A stretch of 52,349 nt of DNA from Chloroflexota bacterium (lineage in GTDB: Bacteria; Chloroflexota; Ktedonobacteria; Ktedonobacterales; JACDGC01): NCBI GenBank assembly GCA_021778805.1, contig JAJYBV010000009.1, forward strand, positions 1-52,349, written 5' to 3'. Positions 8,408 through 18,543 of this stretch are shown in pieces. A program made the position numbers and the translations under genes. Numbering within the stretch: position 1 is the stretch's first letter; every line of letters begins with the position of its first letter. The notes below the pieces were generated by a model. That model was given only the letters and a program-made list of their open reading frames with translations, made no database searches and was not told where the DNA came from.

Positions 8408-9841
8408 CTATGGTTCTTCTGAATTTGCCGCCAACAACTCCGCGCGCTCTTTTTCCGCGGTAGTATGCGCGGCAAATATTGGCTGAAACGCAAAGTAATT
8501 CATCGGGCTGCGCCAGCCAAACCATAACGCCAACGGCGCAATCAACGGCAAATCATTTCGGTTAACCGGCCGAAACCACGCCCATGCTATCAATCCCACC
8601 CACACTCCAAATTCCATGCCGCTCCATAGTATATGCGGCCCAAAGGGAATGTCGCGGCTCAGCGCCAAACTAATCGGGCCAAACCCTATTGGATAAAATG
8701 AATCCGTCGCCGGAACCAGCACACTTTGAAACCACGCCACCGGGCTTAAGATGATAAACGGCAAATTGACGGCAAAAAAGACCGCAAACATCCACACACC
8801 ACCGGCAATTGCCGCTTTCCATCCGTCTTTTTTATAGATTGCAATGAAATAAAACGGCGCAAAAAACCACGCCAATTGTTTTATCGAACACGCCAATCCC
8901 ATCATTATCGCCGACGCGCGCCGGTTAGGGCTAAAAAACCACGCCGCAGCAATACACAAAATGACAATCACATCATAATTAACAAATATCGTATAATTCC
9001 AAATCGCCGGATTCAGCAGCGCGGCGGTAAGCATACTTGGGCGCTGCTCTGGCAAGGCGCGGCGCAGCAGCAAAAAAATTAATATGGCAAACGCCAATAA
9101 ATTCAGCCACAGCAACGATGGCATGCCAGCCCAAATAAATGGCGCGCCCAGCAGTAATATACCTGCTGGATAATTATGCACCGTGCGCGGATCAAACGCC
9201 GTAGTTGTTTTTTCGCCACTGGAAAAAACCTGGTGTATCACCACTTCCCGCGCCGCTATAGAAGGATAATTCAATGGGTTAGCGCCAAACGCATGAGCGC
9301 CCAGCACAGGTGTTGGTGTTTCACCCGGCCAACGCTGCAAAGCCTGCCAAAATGCCGCATTATCGGTATACGGGTTTACGCCATGCAAAATAAGATCAAT
9401 ATCCATATGTATAAACGCTATGGCGTCTACACGATAGTTTCCCGTCACCGCATCGGTAATTTGCGGCGCCGCAAAATTCGTTGCGGTAATAAAAAACGCC
9501 ATTATCCACACAATTTGAATAAGCCGGTACCACAGCGTATGCGATATTTTTTCATAAATCACTTGAACGCCTTTAGGTAGTTGATTATGCGAAGCAACCC
9601 ATAACAGGGCAAAAGCAGCTATCGCAAAAAGAATACCCGCCGGACCTTGCCAGCGCAGCAGCGCGCCTTCCCCGGGACTGACTATCGTTATCGCCTGGAA
9701 CAAAAAAAATTGTCCGGTCAATAATGTCATCCACCGCCAAGAAGGTGTGAACATAGCAATTAAAAAATTACCGGCTTTTTCCCATAGCCGAATAAATCGG
9801 CGGAGATAGTCGGCAAAAATAAAAGGTTGTGTGTGCATCAT
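8408..9841 (-). CDS. Integral membrane protein, 477 aa, likely a GT-C-type glycosyltransferase-like protein of the DUF2029 or ArnT/PMT class.
   Basis: It has about 12 TM helices with aromatic-rich periplasmic loops. The family call rests on general resemblance only. Confidence 0.35.
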   Translation of the reverse strand: MMHTQPFIFADYLRRFIRLWEKAGNFLIAMFTPSWRWMTLLTGQFFLFQAITIVSPGEGALLRWQGPAGILFAIAAFALLWVASHNQLPKGVQVIYEKISHTLWYRLIQIVWIMAFFITATNFAAPQITDAVTGNYRVDAIAFIHMDIDLILHGVNPYTDNAAFWQALQRWPGETPTPVLGAHAFGANPLNYPSIAAREVVIHQVFSSGEKTTTAFDPRTVHNYPAGILLLGAPFIWAGMPSLLWLNLLAFAILIFLLLRRALPEQRPSMLTAALLNPAIWNYTIFVNYDVIVILCIAAAWFFSPNRRASAIMMGLACSIKQLAWFFAPFYFIAIYKKDGWKAAIAGGVWMFAVFFAVNLPFIILSPVAWFQSVLVPATDSFYPIGFGPISLALSRDIPFGPHILWSGMEFGVWVGLIAWAWFRPVNRNDLPLIAPLALWFGWRSPMNYFAFQPIFAAHTTAEKERAELLAANSEEP

Positions 9842-9959
9842 AGTATATAAAACGTTTCTGCGCCGGTTAATGTCTCAGCTAGACTCAATATAGTTAAAGT
9901 TTATACTAAGCAGCCCTTCATATGCAATTTATGTTGCTATTCCTTGCGCAAATTCATCT

Positions 9960-9988
9960 TTGCATGCCGATACGTTATCATATATAAT
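9960..9988 (+). promoter_or_regulatory. Sigma70-type promoter driving the pheS leader.
   Basis: TTGCAT (9960-9965), a 17-bp spacer, and TATAAT (9983-9988). Confidence 0.5.
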
Positions 9989-9994
9989 GATAAC

Positions 9995-10360
9995 AACAGT
10001 TATCGCAACGCGCGCGTATAACTTCAAAATAGAGCGCAATTATATGCGTTGAAAAGTTTTGCGTTCATGGGAAAAAAGTATCCGCATGGTTCCGCGCAGG
10101 GAGAGCCTGGCCAAAGACTGAAAGCCGGCTTGCGGCGCCCGCCGAGAAGTTCGTTCCCAAGCAGATTATTGAACATGCAGTGCAGTAGGTAATCCGGCGG
10201 CCGGCCGTTACCCGGCAAAACAAGTGGCGGAATATATATTGCGGGAGCCGCATGCGGTATTGAGTTTACCAGCCCCCAAATGTTTCGCAACCAGGGTGGT
10301 ACCACGAATAATGCTTGGTATAGCAGTCTCGTCCCTGTGGCGAGGCTGCTTTTTTATGTG
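9995..10360 (+). promoter_or_regulatory. T-box riboswitch leader (tRNA-Phe sensing) upstream of pheS.
   Basis: The T-box sequence c-c-a-G-G-G-T-G-G-T-A-C-C-A-C-G at 10291-10306 matches the aGGGUGGnACCgCG consensus. It is followed by an intrinsic terminator with stem gcagtctcg / cgaggctgc (10323-10349) and a TTTTTT tract (10350-10356). A UUC Phe codon in a GAGAAG-UUC-G context at about 10150 is a candidate specifier. Confidence 0.6.
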
Positions 10361-10496
10361 TTTTTTTAGGCAAAACACCAACCAAAATCTACATCAGAAA
10401 TTTGCGCATTCTTAAGCGAGATGTTTGTTATCTCAATATCACTAAAATGCGTCATTTCCAATGCAGCGGTTAGTACATACTATAAGGAGACTTCAC

Positions 10497-11522
10497 ATGC
10501 TTGATTTATTGCGCATACTGCAAGAAAGCGCGTTAAAAGCGCTGCTTTCTGCCGAAACAAGCGCCGAAATTGCGCAATGGCAAAATTTGTATTTAGGGCG
10601 GCAAGATGGCGAATTAACTAAAATTCTGCGCGGATTAAAAGATGTGCCGGCAGCAGACCGCAAAACCATCGGTCAACGCGCCAACGAAGTAAAAAATGAG
10701 CTGGAAGAGCAAGCCGAACTGCGCAAAAAAGCTATCGCAGAGCAAGAACTTGTAAGCGCTTTAGTTGCGGAACGACTAGATGTTACGTTGCCGGCCCGCA
10801 CGCTGAACAGCGGATATATGCACCCCATTTCACAAACAATTTACGAAATCTGCGGTATTTTCCAAAAACTTGGCTTTCATGTGATTGAAGGACCCGAAGT
10901 TGAAACTGATTATTATAACTTTCAGGCGTTAAATATTCCGCAAGACCACCCCGCAAGGGATATGCAGGATACTTTTTGGGTTGAGCCAGGCCAAATTTTA
11001 CTGCGAACTCAAACATCGCCCAACCAAATTCGAATTATGGAGCAAACTAAACCGCCGGTGCGCGCCGTTGTTCCGGGCAAAGTCTATCGCAACGAAGCGA
11101 CCGACGCTACCCACGAAGCCATGTTTCACCAAATAGAAGGCCTTGCAATAGATTCTTCAACCACTATGCGCGACTTGCGCGGCGCGTTGGAAGCTTTTGC
11201 CCGAGAGTTATTTGGCCCGCAAACAAAAACACGGTTTCGGCCGAGTTATTTTCCATTTACGGAACCCAGCGCAGAAGTTGATGTTACTTGCAATGTTTGT
11301 GGCGGCTCTGGCTGTAGAGTTTGCAAGTTTTCCGGCTGGGTTGAAATCGGCGGCAGCGGCATGGTGCACCCGCAAGTGCTGCGCAATGTGCAATACGATC
11401 CCGCGGTATATCGCGGATATGCGTTTGGCATTGGCGTAGAGCGCATTGCAATGATGCGCTATGGTATCAATGAAATTCGCCTGTTCTCTCAAAATGATCT
11501 GCGGTTTTTACGGCAATTTTAA
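10497..11522 (+). CDS. pheS: Phenylalanine-tRNA ligase alpha subunit.
   Basis: The class II aaRS core is present, including FPFTEPSAE and GWVEIGGSGMVHPQVL motifs and the conserved C-terminus ...RYGINEIRLF. An AAGGAG Shine-Dalgarno sequence lies 7 nt before the ATG at 10497. The track ORF begins earlier, at 10461. Confidence 0.9.
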   Translation: MLDLLRILQESALKALLSAETSAEIAQWQNLYLGRQDGELTKILRGLKDVPAADRKTIGQRANEVKNELEEQAELRKKAIAEQELVSALVAERLDVTLPARTLNSGYMHPISQTIYEICGIFQKLGFHVIEGPEVETDYYNFQALNIPQDHPARDMQDTFWVEPGQILLRTQTSPNQIRIMEQTKPPVRAVVPGKVYRNEATDATHEAMFHQIEGLAIDSSTTMRDLRGALEAFARELFGPQTKTRFRPSYFPFTEPSAEVDVTCNVCGGSGCRVCKFSGWVEIGGSGMVHPQVLRNVQYDPAVYRGYAFGIGVERIAMMRYGINEIRLFSQNDLRFLRQF

Positions 11523-11631
11523 TGAAATCGCCAACAGTTAGGGCTTCTATTTGTGCGGTTTTATGGAAGATTCACATCCTTCGCGCAAATTTTGCGGATT
11601 TGCAAATTGACCTATTTTTTGCGGAATAAAG

Positions 11632-11710
11632 ATACGAGAGACCTAAGCCAAAAGCGGATTCGGGGAGGACACCACCGACTTTATGCGTTACGTCTGCCCA
11701 AATCTCTAGT
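11632..11710. repeat. Degenerate copy of the 'agagacctaagcc...gggg.gacacc' MITE-like element.
   Basis: The sequence gagagacctaagccaaaagcggattcggggaggacaccacc is shared with the copies at 24211-24331 and 36357-36440. Confidence 0.5.
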
Positions 11711-11769
11711 AACTGCGCACAAATTAAAGGAACACCCTGGCAAGATAACATACAAAGGAACACATCACT

Positions 11770-12807
11770 ATGAAAATCATTATTTCGGGATACGGAGCGG
11801 TAGGTCGCTATTTGGCTGAATTATTGGCGGAAAAAGAAGCCGTTTTACAAGATACATGGGGGCTTGCTATTGAAATAACCGGAATTACCACCGGCGCGCA
11901 TGGCGCTTGGATCACAGATAACGGCGCCGGTTTGCGCGCTGCGGATATTATTGCCGCAGGCTGGCCAAAATCGGGGAAATTGCCCAGTGGAGCTAAACCA
12001 TTTACCGGCAGCACCCTGGAAATATTAAATGCTGCGCCGGCGGATATGCTGGTGGAAATTTCACCCCTGAATCCGCACTCCGGTGAACCGGCGCTTTCGT
12101 ATGTGCAAGCAGCGCTGAGCAAAGGCGCGCATGTTGTTACCGCAAACAAAGGCCCCATTGCCCACGGCCTGCATGAACTGCGGAAACTGGCAGCGGCAAA
12201 TCATTGCCATCTTCGATATGAATCTACTGTTATAGATGGGCTGCCTGTTATCAATCTTGCGGAATTTACATTGCCGGCAACTGAATTTACCGGGGTTCGG
12301 GCAATAGTCAACGCAACCAGCAATTATATTCTTTCCGGCTTAATGGCGGGACAAAGCTTTGATGAAACACTCAGCAAAGCACAGGAAATCGGCATTGCCG
12401 AGGCAGATCCCAGCATGGATTTAGATGGATGGGACGCATCGGTAAAATTGACTATCCTTGCCAATACGCTGATGAACGCCGATATCCGCCCCACAGATGT
12501 CGAGCGCATTACCAACGCTGAATTAATGCAGCAAATGACGCAAAATGCGCCGGCCGGGGCTACGATAAAACAAATCGGCGCCATCTGGAAAGACGCCGGC
12601 GCGCCGGCCGGAATACGCGCCAAAGTTGCTTTGGAAATACTCGCTCAAGAAGATTCTTTAGCCGGAATCGGTCAAGGCAAAGCGGCGCTGCAGTTGCAAA
12701 CCGACACGATGAATGATGTGACTATTATTGAAGGGCCGGGAACACCACGACAAACCGCGTTTGGCATTTTGGCGGATATTATTACCATTGCCCGCGAAAG
12801 GAAATAA
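11770..12807 (+). CDS. hom: Homoserine dehydrogenase, 345 aa, lacking a C-terminal ACT domain.
   Basis: The N-terminal NAD-binding motif GYGAVG is present, along with VVTANKGP, the catalytic Lys, LRYESTV.DG.PVI, the substrate-binding region ATSNYILSG, and AQEIGIAEADPSMDLDGWDASVKLTILAN. Confidence 0.8.
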   Translation: MKIIISGYGAVGRYLAELLAEKEAVLQDTWGLAIEITGITTGAHGAWITDNGAGLRAADIIAAGWPKSGKLPSGAKPFTGSTLEILNAAPADMLVEISPLNPHSGEPALSYVQAALSKGAHVVTANKGPIAHGLHELRKLAAANHCHLRYESTVIDGLPVINLAEFTLPATEFTGVRAIVNATSNYILSGLMAGQSFDETLSKAQEIGIAEADPSMDLDGWDASVKLTILANTLMNADIRPTDVERITNAELMQQMTQNAPAGATIKQIGAIWKDAGAPAGIRAKVALEILAQEDSLAGIGQGKAALQLQTDTMNDVTIIEGPGTPRQTAFGILADIITIARERK

Positions 12808-12814
12808 GATTTAT

Positions 12815-15379
12815 ATGAAAGTTCCGTATCATTGGCTGAAAGAGTATGTCTCTTTCGATGCAAGTCCGGAAGAGCTTGCAGAAAAACTTACTATGGCAGG
12901 GCTGGAAGTTGAAAGCGTAGAACACGTTTGGAATAACATTATTACCGCCCGCATCAATCATTTGGAACCGGTAAAAGGCTCCAGCCATTTAAACGCAACG
13001 AAAATTTTTACCGGCGAAGGCCGTGAATTAAGCGTAGTGTGCGGCGCGCCAAATATTAAGGAAGGCGATATTGTGCCGCTAGCGCTGCCCGGCGCGCAAT
13101 TTTTTAATGACGCCGGCGAAACACTGACGATTCAGGCCACAAAAAAAATGGGCGTGGTTTCCGAAGGCATGCTTTGCTCGCCCCGCGAACTGGGGCTATC
13201 GAGCGATCATGAGGGAATTTATATTTTACCAAATGATACCCCGCTGGGTGTTTCACTGGCAGACGCGGTTATTCACTTGGATATTAAAGCGCACCGCGGA
13301 GATTTGTTCAGCATGGTGGGGATTGCCCGCGAAATGGCCGCTTTATTTGGCGCAAAGCTGAAGCAGCCCGAAATTAAATTACCCGAAAAAGGCAAAAATT
13401 CCATCAAAAAAATGGCGTCGATTACCGTGAAAGCTGAAGACGATTGCCCGCGTTTTACTGCGCGTGTTATCCGCAATATCAAAATGGGAAAAGCTCCCCT
13501 TTGGATGGCGCAACGATTAGCGCTCGCCGGAATGCGTTCCATAAACGTTATTGTTGATATAACCAATTATGTCATGCTAGAGTTAGGCCAGCCGCTACAC
13601 GCCTTCGATTACGATAAAGTTGCCAATCATCACCTGATTATCCGCCGCGCTGAACCGGGCGAAACGTTAGGCACGCTGGATGGCGCTATGCGCGAACTGA
13701 CACCGGATATGGTTTTGGTGTGCGATGAATCCGGGCCGCTTTCCGTTGCCGGCGTTATGGGCGGCGCATCCAGCGAAATTTCATCGGATACAACGCAGAT
13801 TTTGCTTGAAGCGGCTTCTTGGAATCCCGTAAATATTCGCAAAACATCGGCAAAATTAGGATTGCGCAGCGAAGCTTCCAGCAGATATGAAAAAGGCGTC
13901 GATCCGGAATTGGCGTTGCAGGGATTAAATCGCGCCGCACAATTAATGGCTGAATTAGCGGGCGGAGAAATTGTTCCGGGATACTTGGAGTCTTATGCTC
14001 ATCCGTCTCCTAACGTAACAATTCCATTCCACGCCAGCGCCTGTGAATGGCTGCTGGGGTACTCGGTAACTCCTGAAGAAGCTGCCGGCGCGCTGCGATC
14101 TTTGGAATTTGCTGTAGAGCAGAATAGTGATGATGGCTCTATGCTGGTAACGGTTCCCAGCTGGCGCGGCGATATTCTGGAATCGGCAGATTTGGTTGAA
14201 GAAATTGCCCGAGAATTGGGATATGACCGTATTACGGGAAAATATCCGACCGGTGACGCGCCGGAACCGCAAGCGGCGAACTGGTTTGATATTCAATATC
14301 AATTCCGCCGCCGGCTGCAGCAATGCGGCTGCGCAGAGATTGTTACATATCCGCTGACCAATCAGCGCTCTACACTGCAATTGCTGACCGATGAAAGCGA
14401 CACAGCGCAATTGCTGATTGGCGCGGTAGATGAGCTGGCTCCTGCAGAAAAAGGCAAAAAAAATAACGGGAAAAATAAACAGAAACAACAATCGGCGCAG
14501 TCTGTTTCCGAAACATATGATCAGGCAATACCTCCATTGTCAGCTGATGAACTGCCGGCGGTCAGACTGGTAAACGCTATCAGCGCAAAAATGGATATGC
14601 TGCGTATTACGCTGATGAATGCCATGCTGGAAACTATTTCGGCAAACTTACGATACGGAAACGCTTCGCTGCGGCTTTTCGAGATTGGACGCAGATACAT
14701 TGCGCTGCCAAACAGCGAACGGCAATTGCCGGATGAACGCCGCACGTTATGCGTTGGGCTGACCGGTTACACCGAAAGTTGGACCGAACCGCGCCGAGAA
14801 TATGATTTTTTTGATATGAAAGCGATTATTGAAAATATTGCCGGCGGACTGCATATGACAAATCTGCGCTTTACTCAAACGCAATCGCCAATATTTCATC
14901 CGGGCAGATGCGCGCTGTTAGAGGTGGAAGACAGCCACGCTAAAGAATCTCGATTTCACACAATTGGCGTAATGGGAGAAGTGCACCCAATTATTGCAGA
15001 GCGGTTCGGTATTTCGCAGCGAACGTATCTGTGCGAGATCGATCTTGCCAGATTATATCTTCACAATACGCCGCCGCGGTTCCAGCCGATTTCTCGATAT
15101 CCGGCGCTGACACGCGATATTGCTGTAGTCGCTGATATTTCAGTGCCGGCGCAAACGATTGCGGATGTTATAAAAGCATCCGGCGGAGAACTTACCCGTT
15201 CCGTTACATTGTTTGATGTTTATATGGGAGATCAGATACCGGAGGGCAAACGCAGCCTTGCGTTTACTGTAGAATATCAAGCGCAGGATCGCAATTTAAG
15301 CGACGCTGACGGAGATTTTTTACGTGAACAAACTGCAAATGAATTGAAAAAACAAGTACACGCGGTTGTGCGTGAATAA
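12815..15379 (+). CDS. pheT: Phenylalanine-tRNA ligase beta subunit.
   Basis: The N-terminus MKVPYHWLKEYV is the canonical PheT start. The B3/B4, B5 and anticodon-binding-like regions are present. A lysine-rich low-complexity insertion (EKGKKNNGKNKQKQQS) is encoded around 14440-14500. The start is placed at 12815, 8 nt after the hom stop, with an AAAGGAAATAAG Shine-Dalgarno-like sequence. The track ORF starts upstream at 12728. Confidence 0.9.
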   Translation: MKVPYHWLKEYVSFDASPEELAEKLTMAGLEVESVEHVWNNIITARINHLEPVKGSSHLNATKIFTGEGRELSVVCGAPNIKEGDIVPLALPGAQFFNDAGETLTIQATKKMGVVSEGMLCSPRELGLSSDHEGIYILPNDTPLGVSLADAVIHLDIKAHRGDLFSMVGIAREMAALFGAKLKQPEIKLPEKGKNSIKKMASITVKAEDDCPRFTARVIRNIKMGKAPLWMAQRLALAGMRSINVIVDITNYVMLELGQPLHAFDYDKVANHHLIIRRAEPGETLGTLDGAMRELTPDMVLVCDESGPLSVAGVMGGASSEISSDTTQILLEAASWNPVNIRKTSAKLGLRSEASSRYEKGVDPELALQGLNRAAQLMAELAGGEIVPGYLESYAHPSPNVTIPFHASACEWLLGYSVTPEEAAGALRSLEFAVEQNSDDGSMLVTVPSWRGDILESADLVEEIARELGYDRITGKYPTGDAPEPQAANWFDIQYQFRRRLQQCGCAEIVTYPLTNQRSTLQLLTDESDTAQLLIGAVDELAPAEKGKKNNGKNKQKQQSAQSVSETYDQAIPPLSADELPAVRLVNAISAKMDMLRITLMNAMLETISANLRYGNASLRLFEIGRRYIALPNSERQLPDERRTLCVGLTGYTESWTEPRREYDFFDMKAIIENIAGGLHMTNLRFTQTQSPIFHPGRCALLEVEDSHAKESRFHTIGVMGEVHPIIAERFGISQRTYLCEIDLARLYLHNTPPRFQPISRYPALTRDIAVVADISVPAQTIADVIKASGGELTRSVTLFDVYMGDQIPEGKRSLAFTVEYQAQDRNLSDADGDFLREQTANELKKQVHAVVRE

Positions 15380-15453
15380 CTGATGTGCGCAGCGCGGGCA
15401 AAATTCTTTTACCGGAGTTTCTGCCTACGCCGCCTGTACACAATTAAAGGCTG

Positions 15454-16422
15454 CTATTGCTCCATACTGATAACTATTTTGCCGTGAACATGGCCATTTT
15501 GCATATGCTTTATTGCTTGAATCGTTTCCGAAAACGGATATATGCGGTCGATAATTGGTTTTATTTTTTGAGCTTCAAGAAGGTCTTTAAGATAGAGCAG
15601 ATCCGCAGGAGTTGGAGTGGTCATCATATTTGCTATTTTTTGTTTTTTGTTTCCTGCAAATGGCGCGCCAGCCATCATCATTTCCAACATAGACCGCATT
15701 ATTTTAGAGCCGCCAACCCCAACATACACACCTGCAGGGCTTAAAATATGCCGATACGCATGTATTGAATGATAGCCGTTGATTGCAATAATACTATCAA
15801 ATTGAACGCTGCTTGCAGTAATATCTTCAGCAGCATAATCTACAATATGATCAGCGCCTAACGCATGCGCAATTTCTATACTGTTAGCGCCGCAAACAGC
15901 TGTAACTTCTGCCCCAAACAGTTTTGCCAACTGCACAGCAAAAGTTCCAACTCCCCCGCCTGCGCCTTGAATTAATACCTTTTGCCCCGGCTGTACCTTT
16001 GCGCGATCCCTTAACGCTTGCAGAGCAGTTATCGCCGCTATTGGCGTTGCGGCAGCTTCAGCAAACGAAAGTGATGCAGGCTTAAGCGCTACGGCTGTTT
16101 CACCGGCAGTGGCATATTCTGCAAAAGAACCGCTGCCCCGGCCAAACACCTCATCACCTGCTTTAAATTTGGTAACATTACTTCCAACTGCTTCTACAAC
16201 ACCGGCTAAATCTACTCCTACTTTGGGATCGGAAGGTTTAAACAGTCCGCCCATCAAACGCACCAATGGAATATCAGCAATTATCAAGTGCAGATCTAGC
16301 GCATTAACGGAGGCCGCATGCATCTTTATGAGAAGGCGATTTTCTTTCAGCGTTGGCTTTTCAATTTCTTTGAATTGGAGGTTATCAACTGAACCGTATT
16401 TTGTACAATAAACGGCTTTCAT
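15454..16422 (-). CDS. NADPH:quinone oxidoreductase or zinc-independent medium-chain dehydrogenase/reductase.
   Basis: MDR-superfamily features include the GAGGGVG nucleotide-binding motif, a GroES-like N-domain and AGETAVALKP. Confidence 0.75.
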   Translation of the reverse strand: MKAVYCTKYGSVDNLQFKEIEKPTLKENRLLIKMHAASVNALDLHLIIADIPLVRLMGGLFKPSDPKVGVDLAGVVEAVGSNVTKFKAGDEVFGRGSGSFAEYATAGETAVALKPASLSFAEAAATPIAAITALQALRDRAKVQPGQKVLIQGAGGGVGTFAVQLAKLFGAEVTAVCGANSIEIAHALGADHIVDYAAEDITASSVQFDSIIAINGYHSIHAYRHILSPAGVYVGVGGSKIMRSMLEMMMAGAPFAGNKKQKIANMMTTPTPADLLYLKDLLEAQKIKPIIDRIYPFSETIQAIKHMQNGHVHGKIVISMEQ

Positions 16423-16539
16423 GTGTACTTTTCCTTTATTTTGCGGCTAATTGGGTACTTTCAAACCATAGAATGGCTATTCTAACCACTGCCCGGCTGC
16501 ATCAGTCACGAATTCATAGGGTGCGCCGGTCTCTTACGC

Positions 16540-16640
16540 AGAGTTTGTGGCGTCCCCAAAGACATTTTAAAAATGAAACGCCGCGCTGCACTTTTCGTTA
16601 TGTGGCCTTTGTCGATATCCCCTGAGTAGTTACGAAGTTT
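16540..16640. repeat. Degenerate remnant of the GGGGACACCCC/MITE element family.
   Basis: The sequence ggcgtccccaaagacatttt ... atgtggcctttgtcgatatcccctgagtagttac shares the terminal 'ccctgagtagttac' segment with the 18544-18846 and 29935-30400 elements. Confidence 0.5.
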
Positions 16641-16646
16641 GTTATT

Positions 16647-16868
16647 TCACCGAATTACGATGCCGGTAACAATAATAACAATACCTGCAATGATACTTAT
16701 AATACCGGTTAACATGGGGTTTTTATTACCCTGAGGGATAACACCCAAAATACGCAATATCCCTAAAACAATGGTGGCGATGCCAAGAATAATCAGAACA
16801 ATGGAAGCGTTTGCTCTTTTTGAGCTAACCGAGCTTAATACATATAACAAATCGTTCAACATGATCAT
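16647..16868 (-). CDS. Small membrane protein of unknown function, 73 aa with 2 TM helices.
   Basis: It has two long hydrophobic helices. No family was recognised. Confidence 0.4.
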   Translation of the reverse strand: MIMLNDLLYVLSSVSSKRANASIVLIILGIATIVLGILRILGVIPQGNKNPMLTGIISIIAGIVIIVTGIVIR

Positions 16869-17092
16869 TTTTTCTCAACTTTAGTTTTATCTTGCAGTGT
16901 TATTATAACACACTATACTTGTTAGGCGGCCAAGCGCATTCAGAGTATCTTGACGGTGTTTATATACCATATGGGCGACGGCGATTATTTTGCGGGAAAA
17001 TATTGTATTATATGGACAGGCTGCGCACATGTTTTTTATTTGGCAATACCTTCTAACGCGCGCCAAAGGCGGCCGCTTCTTAATTATTACAG

Positions 17093-18541
17093 TTGCGCGG
17101 CGCCATATTTGATATTAAAAATGGATTTTATATGCCGCAAGAACATCGATCAGAAAACCAGCGGGATGAACCGCAGCAAATTCTTATTGCGACCTGCCGC
17201 GCGCAGCCCGATAGCAGCAACGAGCACAATCATACACCACTGCCGGCAGGAAAATATGCCTTTATTTTAACGGAACGCCGCGCGGCGTCGGCAAAGCCGC
17301 AATGCGGATGTTATACGTGCGCAAATTCAGAGCGGTATCGCATTATCCGCGAAGAGCCGGCACCGCAGGGCGATATTATTTTAGTAATACATGGATTTAA
17401 CTGCACTGAAGACAGCGGCGCCGATACCGCCTTAAATATACGGCAGGCTCTGCGCGCTTGGAAATTTCCCCCGGATTCCGCGGCGCGCCATGAAAAAAAA
17501 CTATACCCCACTGTTGTTGGGTTTACATGGCCATGTATGCACGATCTTTTCCCCGGTTATATTTCCGACAAAGAAAGTGTTGCCAGATTTGCTTCTTTTT
17601 CCCTGGCCAATGTATTATGGGATCTTCGCAAGGCAGAGCCGGAGAGAAAAATACATATTATTGCGCACAGTATGGGATGTTTTTTGGTTGTAAAGGCGTT
17701 AATGTCTTTAGGAATATTGCATGGGCTGACAGAACAATGCCCAATTGTAGATACGGTTATGATGCTGGCGCCGGATGTTAACGCATCAGCGCTGGAACGT
17801 TCAACCCCAGATTTTATTTCTTTAGCGAGGCGCGGATTTCGCCGCCGCGGTAAAGCGTTTTTTTCATTGAAATATCGGTTCAGCCGGCCTATCACCGCGC
17901 CGGCAGCTACGCATCCAACCATTGAGTTTTCTCCGTTGAACCATCCTATTGATGGTTTTGGCTACGAAGCGTTAGACGCCATAAAACAATTACATATTTT
18001 TAACTCATTCAATGATGAAGCGTTATGGATTTCTCCGCTGGCAAATATGCTAACGGAGGAATCAATCAGCGCCGACAGCCATGTGCGGCTTGGCTGGTGC
18101 GGCCCGCTGCGACCGCAGTATTTGCTGCAAACCGAGCGCGAACGGCCGCGTGATATTCGTTTATATGATTGCTCCGCGATCATATACGAGCACGGCCAAT
18201 ATTTCTTTCATCCGGATATTCAGCGTGTTATTGCAGCAATACTAACGGAATCGCAAAATATTCCCGGCGCCACACAGTATCCAAATTCGCTCACTTCACT
18301 GCAATCTTGGCTTGCCGGCACACCGTTGCAATATCCGCCGAATCCGGCAGAGCCGATTCCAGAGGGATTGCGTTTTTACTCATTCGTCAGCAATGTGCCG
18401 CAAAACCAGATTATACCCACCGCAGAGCATGGCGCGCCAACACAAAATCCTAATGTCATGCTAAAATTATGGGGATCGCCATTCCGTTTTATTCTGCGCT
18501 TTTGGGTATATATACTGCAAAAAATCTTTAGGTTAGGCTGA
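17093..18541 (+). CDS. Alpha/beta-hydrolase-fold protein of the DUF900 (PF05990)-like type.
   Basis: I-L-V-I-H-G-F-N and V-V-G-F-T-W-P match the DUF900 'VHGYNN...FSWPS' signature. The nucleophile elbow is A-H-S-M-G-C. The start is uncertain, with an alternative ATG at 17132. Confidence 0.55.
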   Translation: MRGAIFDIKNGFYMPQEHRSENQRDEPQQILIATCRAQPDSSNEHNHTPLPAGKYAFILTERRAASAKPQCGCYTCANSERYRIIREEPAPQGDIILVIHGFNCTEDSGADTALNIRQALRAWKFPPDSAARHEKKLYPTVVGFTWPCMHDLFPGYISDKESVARFASFSLANVLWDLRKAEPERKIHIIAHSMGCFLVVKALMSLGILHGLTEQCPIVDTVMMLAPDVNASALERSTPDFISLARRGFRRRGKAFFSLKYRFSRPITAPAATHPTIEFSPLNHPIDGFGYEALDAIKQLHIFNSFNDEALWISPLANMLTEESISADSHVRLGWCGPLRPQYLLQTERERPRDIRLYDCSAIIYEHGQYFFHPDIQRVIAAILTESQNIPGATQYPNSLTSLQSWLAGTPLQYPPNPAEPIPEGLRFYSFVSNVPQNQIIPTAEHGAPTQNPNVMLKLWGSPFRFILRFWVYILQKIFRLG

Positions 18542-18543
18542 TC

